A DNA stretch of 64,000 nucleotides from a virus. Position numbers and translations under genes: made by a program. Of this stretch, positions 48,728-58,660 are shown piece after piece; position 1 is the stretch's first letter; every line of letters starts with the position of its first letter. The notes beneath the pieces were generated by a model, which had not been told where the DNA came from, made no database searches, and saw only the letters and a program-made list of their open reading frames with translations. Location: positions 1 through 64,000 of IMG/VR virus record IMGVR_UViG_3300013137_002967; one strand, given 5' to 3'.

Positions 48728-48943
48728 ATGGAAAAGATCAGAAAAGCAGACAAGAAGTTGTCTTGGAAATTGGTTTGGGATGCTGATACAAAAGATGTAT
48801 TATTTCTTAAACGAATTGAAGGTGAATTCGAAACAGTTAATGAACTTTTCGAAACAAAAAATCAAAATGATTTATATGATAAAATAAATGAATTGGGTCT
48901 AAAGTATGATCCATCCATTCAAGAAGAAGAAGAGTGGATATAA
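48728..48943 (+). CDS. hypothetical protein
   Basis: ORF followed by terminator near 48949. Confidence 0.55.
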   Translation: MEKIRKADKKLSWKLVWDADTKDVLFLKRIEGEFETVNELFETKNQNDLYDKINELGLKYDPSIQEEEEWI

Positions 48944-48965
48944 AAACAAAAAAGCCTGATTTTCA

Positions 48966-49262
48966 TCAGGCTTTTTTCATGACATCCGGGCTCATGTTTA
49001 AGTGTTCTTTATTTTTAATTGCTTTTTTTAATAGAAATTTTATAAGATCATTAAATTTAACTTTCTTTTCTTTACATAATTCAGCACTTTCCTTGAGTGT
49101 ATCTTTATCTACATCCAGTAAAATTAAATTTTCACCATTGGAATAAGAATCTATAAATGTTCTAATAACCTCACTCATAGTCTTACCTTTATTCTCACAT
49201 ACTTGTTGAAATTTAGAATATTCCTCATCCTTTATTCTTAATTTCAAGACCGAATCTTTCAT
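48966..49262 (-). CDS. tandem ribbon-helix-helix (CopG-like) regulator
   Basis: LKLRIKDEEY...GKTMSEVIR plus a second similar unit. Confidence 0.65.
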   Translation of the reverse strand: MKDSVLKLRIKDEEYSKFQQVCENKGKTMSEVIRTFIDSYSNGENLILLDVDKDTLKESAELCKEKKVKFNDLIKFLLKKAIKNKEHLNMSPDVMKKA

Positions 49263-49337
49263 ATATAAGTTTTCTTTGATATATAATTATTTCTAAAATA
49301 TATTAGAAAATGCAAAAAAAGTTTAATATATACCAAT

Positions 49338-49784
49338 ATGAAAATTATTAAATCATTCGAATCCTGGAATAATAATATTATTGACAATTCGTTGTTCAAA
49401 AGCGGAAAAGCTAAATATAATCCTCATGTAGTTAATAATACAATACAATATAAGACTGACAATAATCCACCTTATTATTTTGCAGAAATTACCAGAAAAG
49501 GTGATAAATTCATTTGTAAAATTTACAAGAAAAAGAAAAATGGTGATGAAATTAGATTGAGAAATAAACTCAAAAAAGAATTGAAATTAGCACATAATTA
49601 TGTAAGAGAGTTTATTAATCAAAGACTCAAAAAAGATAAATTAAAAAAATCAAATAAAAAATCTGAGGAAACTGAAAGAATAATCAGGGAAGAACCAAGA
49701 GTTCAAAGAGAACCACAATTTATTTCTCAGAAACCTATTGCACCTCCTCTTCCATCGAGAAGAATAATTATAAGAAGATTTTAG
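49338..49784 (+). CDS. basic protein with CTS-like start
   Basis: MKIIKSFESW. Confidence 0.6.
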   Translation: MKIIKSFESWNNNIIDNSLFKSGKAKYNPHVVNNTIQYKTDNNPPYYFAEITRKGDKFICKIYKKKKNGDEIRLRNKLKKELKLAHNYVREFINQRLKKDKLKKSNKKSEETERIIREEPRVQREPQFISQKPIAPPLPSRRIIIRRF

Positions 49785-50032
49785 TTATATCTGATATATT
49801 CTTTATCCAAAACCTCAACTACTTCTGGAAATGTTGCGATTAACTGACTTAAATATATTTCAGTACTAACACCGCCTGAGTATGCTAAAACTCTGTATTT
49901 GTTTTTGGATCTTTCTACTTGTAGTATTAATCTTCCATCACCACTTCGGCTCTTAACATTACCTGAAAATACAGTTTCCCATCTATTCTTTGCGGTAATC
50001 TTTTTAATTGTTTTTAAAACTTTATCAATCAT
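49781..50032 (-). CDS. hypothetical protein
   Basis: ORF only. Confidence 0.5.
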   Translation of the reverse strand: MIDKVLKTIKKITAKNRWETVFSGNVKSRSGDGRLILQVERSKNKYRVLAYSGGVSTEIYLSQLIATFPEVVEVLDKEYIRYN

Positions 50033-50074
50033 AATGCTATTTTTTAATTTTATTCTATTACTATTACAGTGTAA

Positions 50075-50992
50075 TTAAAACACTAAACTTGCTTTAGTTT
50101 CCCACTTACTATAAACCTTACAGTTTTCTCTCAAAATCAAATATTTATAAGTGTCCTTTTCAATATTTTCAGACATACAGTCATCGTCCACTACAACTGA
50201 CATTTCTTTAATATCATAAATACTAGGACCAAAAGGAAGAATACCCAAAAATTTTCCAATATTTTTTACATACTCTATAAGTTTATTGTAAAAGCTTTTT
50301 GATGCATTTTCTTCAATCCATTCATCAATTTCACTATTAGATTCTGATTTGTAGAGTTTTCTGAAAGTAACCTGATCAGCACCTAACTCTGAGCACTTAT
50401 TAATTACTTCTTCAACTGTATATTTATCATAATCATTAACAAGATTCAAAGAAAGCCGTAAATTAAAATCATATTTTTTAACTAATCTAATAATATCGAA
50501 CAAATTGAACTTTAGAGTTTCATGACAACCAATTAATTCCAAATTTCTTTCATTATCAAAAATATTAGAAATAGACAAAGAAATTGTAGTTACACCAATT
50601 TGTCTCAAATGTGCAATATTTTCTTCATCAAGCAAAACACCAGTTGTCTGAATTTCAATGCTTTTGAAAGGTGTTAGAAGTGTAGAATTAACTTCAGCAA
50701 AAAAATCAAGAAAATCAGGATTCTGAATTGGTTCACCGGTTCCTGTTAAAATAATAACGTTACAACCGTTGTCACGTGCATACTGCAATCGGTTAAAATA
50801 ATTTCTAAATTCAATACTCTCATAAATCTTACGATATGATGTGATTGGTAGTTTTTTCTCTTTCCATTCTTTGACCACTGAATTAATATTATCACAATAA
50901 GGATTTGTATGTGTTCTACTCACACAGAATTTACACTTATTCACACATTTATTTTTGGTCGGAACTACGATTGATAAACTCTGAATTTTCAT
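50075..50992 (-). CDS. radical SAM protein
   Basis: CVNKCKFC, LTGTGEP, EIQTTG. Confidence 0.88.
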   Translation of the reverse strand: MKIQSLSIVVPTKNKCVNKCKFCVSRTHTNPYCDNINSVVKEWKEKKLPITSYRKIYESIEFRNYFNRLQYARDNGCNVIILTGTGEPIQNPDFLDFFAEVNSTLLTPFKSIEIQTTGVLLDEENIAHLRQIGVTTISLSISNIFDNERNLELIGCHETLKFNLFDIIRLVKKYDFNLRLSLNLVNDYDKYTVEEVINKCSELGADQVTFRKLYKSESNSEIDEWIEENASKSFYNKLIEYVKNIGKFLGILPFGPSIYDIKEMSVVVDDDCMSENIEKDTYKYLILRENCKVYSKWETKASLVF

Positions 50993-51075
50993 TGTTTTTC
51001 TTTTTTATTTTATCTTCACAAAGATACTAAAAACTTTTCATAAAAAAATAGATATAATAAATAAAAACATTATTT

Positions 51076-51570
51076 ATGAAATGGTATGTTATAAGGGTAG
51101 CAACTGGTAAAGAAAAGAAGACCAAAGAATTAATAGAAAGTACATTAGTTGATATGAATATAGTTTTTAATTTAGTAATACCAACAGAAAAGACTATACA
51201 AATTAGAAAAGGTAAAAAAGTCTATGTTGATAAAACTTATTTTCCAGGATATATTTTTATAGAATGTGAATCTACAAGTGAAATAGAAGGTCTTATCAAG
51301 CATGTAAATGGTGTATCATCTATATTAAAAAATCCATTGACACCAGTTGAAATAAATAGATTTTTAATCAAGAGTGATGTGGTAGAAAATAAAGAACCTA
51401 TACTTTATTTAAATCAAAAAGTTAGAATCATAGACGGACCCTTTAATTCATTCATAGGTACGATTACTAAAATAGATAACAATTCACAAAAAATTAAAGT
51501 AAGTATTCAGCTTTTTGAACGAGAAATTTTATTAGATTTAACTTTTTCTCAAATAACAGGAATTGCATAA
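51076..51570 (+). CDS. nusG: transcription elongation/antitermination factor NusG
   Basis: KWYVIRVATGKEKK, FPGYIFIE, KOW VRIIDGPFNSFIG. Confidence 0.9.
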   Translation: MKWYVIRVATGKEKKTKELIESTLVDMNIVFNLVIPTEKTIQIRKGKKVYVDKTYFPGYIFIECESTSEIEGLIKHVNGVSSILKNPLTPVEINRFLIKSDVVENKEPILYLNQKVRIIDGPFNSFIGTITKIDNNSQKIKVSIQLFEREILLDLTFSQITGIA

Positions 51571-51616
51571 TTCTTGTTTTTATTGAATAAAAAAAAGAGC
51601 CTTTCGGCTCTTTTTT

Positions 51617-52816
51617 TTATTCTTCAGATGTTGTGTCTACTGAGTCTTCTGTTTTCTCATCTTTCCTAGCCTTTTCCTTAAAATCCGCAAAACTAAGATA
51701 AATTCTTCTATCATCTCTAATTAAGGATAGCACCTTAACCTTAAGTTCATCGCCAATATTAAGTTTTTTATTATATCTATTGATATAACTAGTCTGTATC
51801 AATCCAGTTGTTTCTTCGTCTAATTGAATTAATGCCCCAAAATTTTTAATATCCTTAATTTTACAATCTAGCACCTTACCAACTTTAATAACATCCCATA
51901 ATGATTCTTTAAGAATTTGCGTTAAGATGATTTTATTACCCTTAATGATTTCTTTTACATAAAAATCGATTGCCATACCTGGTAGTATTTGATCCCATTT
52001 GTCGTGCCATGCTGAATTAACATTGGCTTTGTGTATCATACCTGTTAAGCAATTTGGTCCATCTGAAGTTGCACTAAACTGAACAAAAACTCCAAAAGGT
52101 GTAGTACCTGTAACTTCACCACGGTAAACTTGACCTAACTTAATTTTCTTAATTTCTTCTGGAATCAATGTCTGTAAATATTTTCTTCTTGAAACTACAT
52201 AGACACCTTTCTCTTGCTGTAGTGTCTCTAACATTACTTCAAATGTGTCTCCCATAATAGAATTCGCATCAGATAATTTATTAACATCAGCAAGTGTGTT
52301 TGGCATGAATGCTTCTATAGTGATATTATCCATATGAATATCCATCATATATCCAGCTGGAATCATCTCTTTGACTGACGAGGTAAGAGGAAGATTATTA
52401 TCAAAATAAAATTTCATCTTATTGTGAACATTTTGTTTGATAAGTTCGGTGATAGATCCTTTAATAATATAAGGATTATCACTAATATCAGTGATTAAAA
52501 CATCTATTTCCGAACCTACTTCTAGATCGGCAGACACATTCATTTTCTTTGGTTTATCAACATAGATATAGTCTTTATGTCCGAAATCCACCAAGATTTC
52601 TTTCTCATTAATACGAGAAATTGTACCTCTGATTACATCATTGAGGTGAACTTCTCTAAAATTAACAAATGATTTTTCAATTTCATAATACATTTCTAAA
52701 TATTCTTCAGGAACATCTTTAGAACTTTTGATTTTTCTAATTTTATTATTAGATAAAAAAGGAAACGGATCTGGGAGTTTTGCTATATTAACTCCATCAA
52801 TTAATTCGTTATTCAT
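51617..52816 (-). CDS. ribosomal protein S1-like protein (four S1 domains)
   Basis: Repeated OB folds: VVSRRKYL, GEVTGTTPFGVFV, IKNFGALI. Confidence 0.8.
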   Translation of the reverse strand: MNNELIDGVNIAKLPDPFPFLSNNKIRKIKSSKDVPEEYLEMYYEIEKSFVNFREVHLNDVIRGTISRINEKEILVDFGHKDYIYVDKPKKMNVSADLEVGSEIDVLITDISDNPYIIKGSITELIKQNVHNKMKFYFDNNLPLTSSVKEMIPAGYMMDIHMDNITIEAFMPNTLADVNKLSDANSIMGDTFEVMLETLQQEKGVYVVSRRKYLQTLIPEEIKKIKLGQVYRGEVTGTTPFGVFVQFSATSDGPNCLTGMIHKANVNSAWHDKWDQILPGMAIDFYVKEIIKGNKIILTQILKESLWDVIKVGKVLDCKIKDIKNFGALIQLDEETTGLIQTSYINRYNKKLNIGDELKVKVLSLIRDDRRIYLSFADFKEKARKDEKTEDSVDTTSEE

Positions 52817-52909
52817 AATATAATAATTTAAGGTTTAATTAACTTTTTTTCAAGATTTATAGGATATATAGGTACACTAAAAGTAAAAGTTTACTTTTAA
52901 AAAATTTTT

Positions 52910-53551
52910 TTATAAATCATTCTGTTTTCTTTTGGTAGGTAAAACTTCTGATGAGTGATCCCATGTCTGTGAGTGAAATATGTTATCTTTATCATATTCT
53001 GGATTATCCGTTAGATCCCAATATACGTCCATAAAATTATATTTAAATGTTAATGAAAAAGTTTGTTCCTGAACATTAATAGATTGGTATGCTAATCTTA
53101 TTTCTGATAAGTTTTTTAATAGTGCGGATCTGAAAACAACAGAATATAAAAAATCACCATCTTTATCTAGAATAAATAATTGTAACCAAGGTAAATAATA
53201 TTTTCTAGTGTTATTATAGTATTCAGCGAATATTTGTTGAGTCATAAAATAATTAGCATGTGAATCTACACTTCTTAGGGTTATATCTAATGAATTTGAA
53301 TAGGTATCATATATGTTTGTGGCAGGTTTATATTCTATTTTTTTACCAAATTTATGTATTTGTTCAGAACCTTCATATGTAATACTAGGAAAAACTATTT
53401 CTTTTATAGTTGAGTTTATATAAGCAATTGGATCTGTGTAAGGTATCCAGTTTTTATCCATATATTTTTTTAATCTATCATCAACTTCCTTCGCAATAAA
53501 ATCTGTAGGAAATTGGAAAAGAAATTGGTTACTTTGTGAATTTATTCTCAT
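52910..53551 (-). CDS. hypothetical protein, probable virion component
   Basis: Beta-rich, in structural cluster, late-type promoter motif upstream. Confidence 0.5.
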   Translation of the reverse strand: MRINSQSNQFLFQFPTDFIAKEVDDRLKKYMDKNWIPYTDPIAYINSTIKEIVFPSITYEGSEQIHKFGKKIEYKPATNIYDTYSNSLDITLRSVDSHANYFMTQQIFAEYYNNTRKYYLPWLQLFILDKDGDFLYSVVFRSALLKNLSEIRLAYQSINVQEQTFSLTFKYNFMDVYWDLTDNPEYDKDNIFHSQTWDHSSEVLPTKRKQNDL

Positions 53552-53585
53552 AATTTATTATTTTCTTTATATATAAAAACTATAC

Positions 53586-53888
53586 TTAAACACCAATATT
53601 TGTATTATTTATTATATTTTGTATTACAGTATTACTTTCAAAGTTTTCAATTGAACTTTCATTATATATAATACCTTCATTTTTGAATCTTTTTAATGGT
53701 AAGACATCAACTTTATTTATATATGGATTTTTTAATAATTCTCTATATTGATCCTCAGATATTTCAGATGCTATTATTAGATTATCTTTCATAAATACTA
53801 TAGTTCCACCACTTTGAATAATTAGATCTTTAATTTCGTTACTATAATTTAGATTCTTAAAAACTGAGCTTTGTGTAGAAGTTGCCAT
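53586..53888 (-). CDS. paralog of the N-terminal domain of 53903-55120
   Basis: GGT...NxIIASEISE..Y..L...P.I....LPLK shared. Confidence 0.6.
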   Translation of the reverse strand: MATSTQSSVFKNLNYSNEIKDLIIQSGGTIVFMKDNLIIASEISEDQYRELLKNPYINKVDVLPLKRFKNEGIIYNESSIENFESNTVIQNIINNTNIGV

Positions 53889-53902
53889 TTATTTTATTAT
53901 TT

Positions 53903-55120
53903 TTAAATACTATAAGTTGTAATAGTTAAATCTTTTGTACTTGTTCCATATGGACTTGTGGCTTTTATTTTTAGATAATATACACCATCATAAATAGGTA
54001 TACCACTAATGGTATCTACACCGAATTGTAAACCTTCTGGTAATATACCAATTATATTATATGTTACACCAGATACCGGTGAAGATGTTACGGTATACGT
54101 GAAATTGTAATATTGATAACATGAAGCCTGTCCTAAACTAGTAATAACTGGAACTTCACCAGATTCTATTTTTAATATTTTTGAATCGGAACTTGCAGCA
54201 TTAGAAACTGTTATTGTTAAGTTATAAGTTACAGCCGATAAAAATACACCACTTATGACATTATTGATTAAAGTTAATTCAGCAGGTAAGCCTGTAACGC
54301 TATATGTTTTTGGTGGTGTTCCTGTTGATTCAATTGTATATGAAAATAAAGTACCTATTTTACTATAAACCTCTAAATTTGTATTTGTAATTTTAATCGG
54401 ATTTAGAATATTTAGAGTTAGATTTGTGGAATAAGAACCATAATTATTTGAAACTTTAAGTACTATATTGTAAATACCTTCATCACTTGTCATACCACTC
54501 AAAGTTGTACCATTTTTAATAAATAAATTACCCTGATAATTATTAGGCTTAATAATTTCAAATGTTAAAGGTGCTGTTCCACTAGCAAGTAATTCATAAT
54601 TAAACCAACTATTTGTCAATGCTGAGATTGATAAAATTTCATTTGTAATAACTGGTGGTGTACTCGTTAAAGTTACACCAGATGAAATATTGTTTTGTAT
54701 ATTTTGAAAATTTGTTTTTCTTGATTTTCCAGAGAGTCCATCAATACCACTGGTTGTTCCAGTATAAGTTATACCTGTATTTACAATAATACTACCATTC
54801 AATATACCATCTGTACCACCATTAATATTGTACGTAGATAATGTTGAAATATCTAGTTGATCTATTAAATTCAAATCTACTTCTCCGTATTTTTTTAATG
54901 GTAAGTCCTCAATATAATCTATATTTGGACTGATTTGCAATTGATTATATAATTCTTCACTAATCTCCGATGCTATAATAATATTATTATAAGAATAAAG
55001 AACGGTACCACCATTTTGATTTATCTCATTTCTAATATCAGAATTATATCTTAATATACTTTCCGATGCATTAATAAGTTGAATTAATTCATCTATGTTA
55101 GATGTTGTTGTTCCTGTCAT
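53903..55120 (-). CDS. Ig-like (He_PIG-type) repeat protein, probable virion surface protein
   Basis: Three PVIT...ASGTxP...GLPxxL...ISG...YxxxxxxSN repeats. Confidence 0.7.
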   Translation of the reverse strand: MTGTTTSNIDELIQLINASESILRYNSDIRNEINQNGGTVLYSYNNIIIASEISEELYNQLQISPNIDYIEDLPLKKYGEVDLNLIDQLDISTLSTYNINGGTDGILNGSIIVNTGITYTGTTSGIDGLSGKSRKTNFQNIQNNISSGVTLTSTPPVITNEILSISALTNSWFNYELLASGTAPLTFEIIKPNNYQGNLFIKNGTTLSGMTSDEGIYNIVLKVSNNYGSYSTNLTLNILNPIKITNTNLEVYSKIGTLFSYTIESTGTPPKTYSVTGLPAELTLINNVISGVFLSAVTYNLTITVSNAASSDSKILKIESGEVPVITSLGQASCYQYYNFTYTVTSSPVSGVTYNIIGILPEGLQFGVDTISGIPIYDGVYYLKIKATSPYGTSTKDLTITTYSI

Positions 55121-56931
55121 ACTGATGTGTTTTTATATTTAGTGTAGATAATAACTGTTCTACCTGCTTTTGGCCATTCAGATGTAGTTGTTTGAACTGT
55201 AGTTGCCGGTGAACCTGGAGAAGACACCACATTACTAATAGTTGAACTTGGTGTAGAGACATTATTATCAACAAAACTAATATCCTCGAAAAATGAAAAT
55301 GTACCAGAGTATAATAATGTTTTAACCTTGTTAGATAATATAGTTAGATAGAAATTTGTATAACCTTTATCATATATTTTCTTTAATACATCTATGTCAT
55401 TTTCAACAATTTTAAAATTAACAATACCATGCTGATAATCATTATCTGCTTCTCTATAAATAGATTTTTCTATTGATTCTGTATCAGATTTAAAAGTTAG
55501 CAATAATTCTGAATTATTGAGAACATTTGATAAATCATACTGCTCTAACTGATTAGCTAATCCTGAATTAGTTTCAGGGATTTTTGCCATTCTAAACTGA
55601 ATAATATTGTCAAATGGTGTTATAACAATATTTAATAGACCCATACCTTTATAATCCACAGTTGATGTTGGACTATTAACTATTATCTTTCCTACTTCTA
55701 CTAATTGTGGTGAATTAACTTTAATAATTTCTGTCATTAGATTACCTGAAAAATAGTCTTTACCTAATACTATTTCATCTGGTTTTGCATTGTATATTTT
55801 AAGATTATTTAAATTTGATATGTTTAAGCTTAATAATTTTTTACCATATTTCTGAACATTGTTATCTAATCCAATAGACGTGTATCTAGATATAGTACTC
55901 ATATCAACTAAATCTATAACTCTCATTTCAACTCTTATTGCAGCAGTAGTATTAGTGAAAGTTAAAATAGGTCTATAAAGAATTTTTTTTGTAAAATCAT
56001 CATTCACACCTCCGGTCAAAACCACAGTTTGCATATTTGTTTGTATATTTTCTTCATATAAATATATATCATACTCAATTCTAACTCTACGACCTTTATT
56101 TTCAACTTCTCTAATAAAATTATCTAAATTTTCGTTGGATTCACCATATGTTCCATAAATTTCAAAGAAATCGCCTTCAGTTGATTCTTCTATCACAACA
56201 GCCAGTGTATTATATTCTGGTGATTTTGCAAAAGAGGTTCTATACGTATCAGAAGCATAATAATAAGTATTACCTAATACAACTTCTTTTGCGTTTAGAT
56301 ATTGAAAATCAACAAATATTGGTGAATTTTGGCTTAATCCTTCACCGTTAGTTAAATTGTAATTGATACTATTTTCCCATACTGTATTTCCAGTTTGAGA
56401 AACATATCTTTGATTTGATACATAGTCAATAGAAGTTATTTCAAATTGATAATACTTACCCCATTCTTGTTCATCATAGATAAAAGGTATTGCGAGATTT
56501 GTTAAACCTGAACTTGTAGTTGATGTAGCATCAAAGAAAATATTAGATAATTCGTAGATATTTAAGTTATAGAAGCCATATGTAAAAATTTTTAAATATA
56601 AACCCACATATCCATCAAATACAAAATTATAAGATGTTGGTAGATATATTTTGACTATATCATAAGGTATTGGTGATGTATTATAATCTTGCTCTTGTAA
56701 AAAATTATATTTTGACGGACTCACTTGAGTATATTTTCTGAGAACTGGATCTAATTGGAATAGATTATTAGTTATATTATTGTTGTTAGAGGTTGAAAGA
56801 AAACTTCTTTTTTTATTCTCATTTAAATTGGTTATAACTTTATAATTCTCTGTTATGTAATGCTCATTATCAAATGTCCATTCCATTAGAACATTTGTAT
56901 TTAACTTTATAAACTTCGACGATCTTGCCAT
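55117..56931 (-). CDS. large hypothetical protein, probable virion component
   Basis: 604-aa ORF, late-type promoter at about 56951. Confidence 0.55.
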   Translation of the reverse strand: MARSSKFIKLNTNVLMEWTFDNEHYITENYKVITNLNENKKRSFLSTSNNNNITNNLFQLDPVLRKYTQVSPSKYNFLQEQDYNTSPIPYDIVKIYLPTSYNFVFDGYVGLYLKIFTYGFYNLNIYELSNIFFDATSTTSSGLTNLAIPFIYDEQEWGKYYQFEITSIDYVSNQRYVSQTGNTVWENSINYNLTNGEGLSQNSPIFVDFQYLNAKEVVLGNTYYYASDTYRTSFAKSPEYNTLAVVIEESTEGDFFEIYGTYGESNENLDNFIREVENKGRRVRIEYDIYLYEENIQTNMQTVVLTGGVNDDFTKKILYRPILTFTNTTAAIRVEMRVIDLVDMSTISRYTSIGLDNNVQKYGKKLLSLNISNLNNLKIYNAKPDEIVLGKDYFSGNLMTEIIKVNSPQLVEVGKIIVNSPTSTVDYKGMGLLNIVITPFDNIIQFRMAKIPETNSGLANQLEQYDLSNVLNNSELLLTFKSDTESIEKSIYREADNDYQHGIVNFKIVENDIDVLKKIYDKGYTNFYLTILSNKVKTLLYSGTFSFFEDISFVDNNVSTPSSTISNVVSSPGSPATTVQTTTSEWPKAGRTVIIYTKYKNTSV

Positions 56932-57014
56932 TATCTTTTATTTCTTTTTTCTATATATAAAAAATGAAACTTTATCTAATAAAAAATATAAAAATTAAAA
57001 AATAATTATTTATT

Positions 57015-57539
57015 ATGAATAATAATATAAGTTTTCCACCTGGATCACCTTGGCCTGGTGTAACAACAACTGGTTCACCTTGGTTAACAATAACACCAGA
57101 TATAACAACAATTAATTCACCTTGGTTAACAATAACACCAAATAAATATACACTTGAAAATTTATTCTATTACATTGAATTTGAATGTGATAATAAATCA
57201 TTATTAAATTCAAGTATTGTAGGCATCAGAAGAAAAAAGTTTATTTTTAATTGTAATTATGTTGGAAACAGAATTCAACCTTATGAATATATAATGAATT
57301 TGATAGATGATAAGAAACTATTCTCTGTTAATGTTACCGTAAGTGATATATTAACAATCTCTTATGTTAATGTTAGATTTACTGAGATAGAAAATAATTT
57401 AAATTTTAACGGTAATTGTAATTTTAGTGAACTTAAAGTTAGATTTAGATGTGAAAAAATATTATATAAAAATCATAAATTATCCAATAAAGAATTAAGA
57501 GCAGATAAGATAAAAAAAATAAATGAAAATGTAGAATGA
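57015..57539 (+). CDS. hypothetical protein with SPW repeats and C-terminal RxxKI tag
   Basis: SPWPGV, SPWLTITP x2; ends LRADKIKKINENVE. Confidence 0.55.
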   Translation: MNNNISFPPGSPWPGVTTTGSPWLTITPDITTINSPWLTITPNKYTLENLFYYIEFECDNKSLLNSSIVGIRRKKFIFNCNYVGNRIQPYEYIMNLIDDKKLFSVNVTVSDILTISYVNVRFTEIENNLNFNGNCNFSELKVRFRCEKILYKNHKLSNKELRADKIKKINENVE

Positions 57540-58051
57540 AAATAGTAGTAGTTAATGGTTCAGCAAGAAGTGGTAAAGATAATTTTGTAAATTATTTCAA
57601 AAAACACTATAATAGTAAGTGTTTTAATTGGTCCACGATAGACAAAGTAAAAAGAGTCTCAAGAAGAAATTTTGGTTGGAATGGTAGAAAAACTGATGAG
57701 GCAAGATTATTCCTATCTGAATTAAAAAGAATTTGGACAGAATTCAATAATGGTCCATTTGAAGATATGGTTAACAAGATCACTAGACATTACACCAAAT
57801 TAGATAAAAAGGATAAGCAAAATGTAATATATTTTATTCATTGTAGAGAACCACATGAAATTCAAAAATTTGTAGATAAATATGAAGATAAGTGTATTAC
57901 ATTACTCTTAAAAAGAGATGATAGGGATGTACCTAATAATGAATCTGATAAAAATGTTGCCAATTTCAATTATGATCATATTATCAACAATATTGGTGAT
58001 AAAAAGCAATTAGAAAAAGAAGCAATAGAATTTATTAATAAAATAAAATAA
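57536..58051 (+). CDS. P-loop nucleotide kinase-like protein (dNMP kinase-like)
   Basis: VNGSARSGKD, FIHCREPHEI. Confidence 0.65.
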   Translation: MKIVVVNGSARSGKDNFVNYFKKHYNSKCFNWSTIDKVKRVSRRNFGWNGRKTDEARLFLSELKRIWTEFNNGPFEDMVNKITRHYTKLDKKDKQNVIYFIHCREPHEIQKFVDKYEDKCITLLLKRDDRDVPNNESDKNVANFNYDHIINNIGDKKQLEKEAIEFINKIK

Positions 58052-58055
58052 AAAT

Positions 58056-58283
58056 ATGCAAGAATTAATATTTAATACTACACAAAAAACAATAGAGATA
58101 AAAAAAGATTATCAAGGTGATAAAATTTATCACTTTAATAATATATCTACTGTTAAATATTTAGAAGGTTTTTACGAAGTTATTCAAGAATCTGATGAAA
58201 TTGATGAAAAAACAGGAAAGCCTAAAAAATATCCCATATTCAGATTACCAATATCTAATACAAATATGAGAATAATAAAATGA
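58056..58283 (+). CDS. hypothetical protein
   Basis: ORF only. Confidence 0.55.
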   Translation: MQELIFNTTQKTIEIKKDYQGDKIYHFNNISTVKYLEGFYEVIQESDEIDEKTGKPKKYPIFRLPISNTNMRIIK

Positions 58284-58400
58284 TAAAAATTATAATTAGC
58301 TTATATATTGTAATAGTATGTTTATCTGTAGTGATGGCGACACTCACACTATTAAATGTCATTAAAAGAAAAAAAATAAGAGCTTAAAAGCTCTATTTTT

Positions 58401-58577
58401 TTAATCAATCTCCAAGTCCTGTTTATAAAGTTTATTCTTACCCTTTCTAGAATAATCTTTTAGAGTTTTATGCTTTTTATTTTTAGCATACCAACCTGTG
58501 CTATTCTCAATTTCAGCATCACGACTACCTCTGCGAATAGCTTTCAAATAATCAATATTTACTTTAGAATCTTTCAT
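58401..58577 (-). CDS. small basic protein, possibly ArfA-like (58 aa, not in ORF track)
   Basis: MKDSKVNIDYLKAIRRGSRDAEIENSTGWYAKNKKHKTLKDYSRKGKNKLYKQDLEID*; own TATATTTG promoter at 58596. Confidence 0.55.
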   Translation of the reverse strand: MKDSKVNIDYLKAIRRGSRDAEIENSTGWYAKNKKHKTLKDYSRKGKNKLYKQDLEID

Positions 58578-58660
58578 ACGTTTTATATATTTTTACAAAT
58601 ATAATACTTTAAAATAAAAAAAGTCTCATTTCTGAGACTTTTTTTATTTTAAATTTATTT

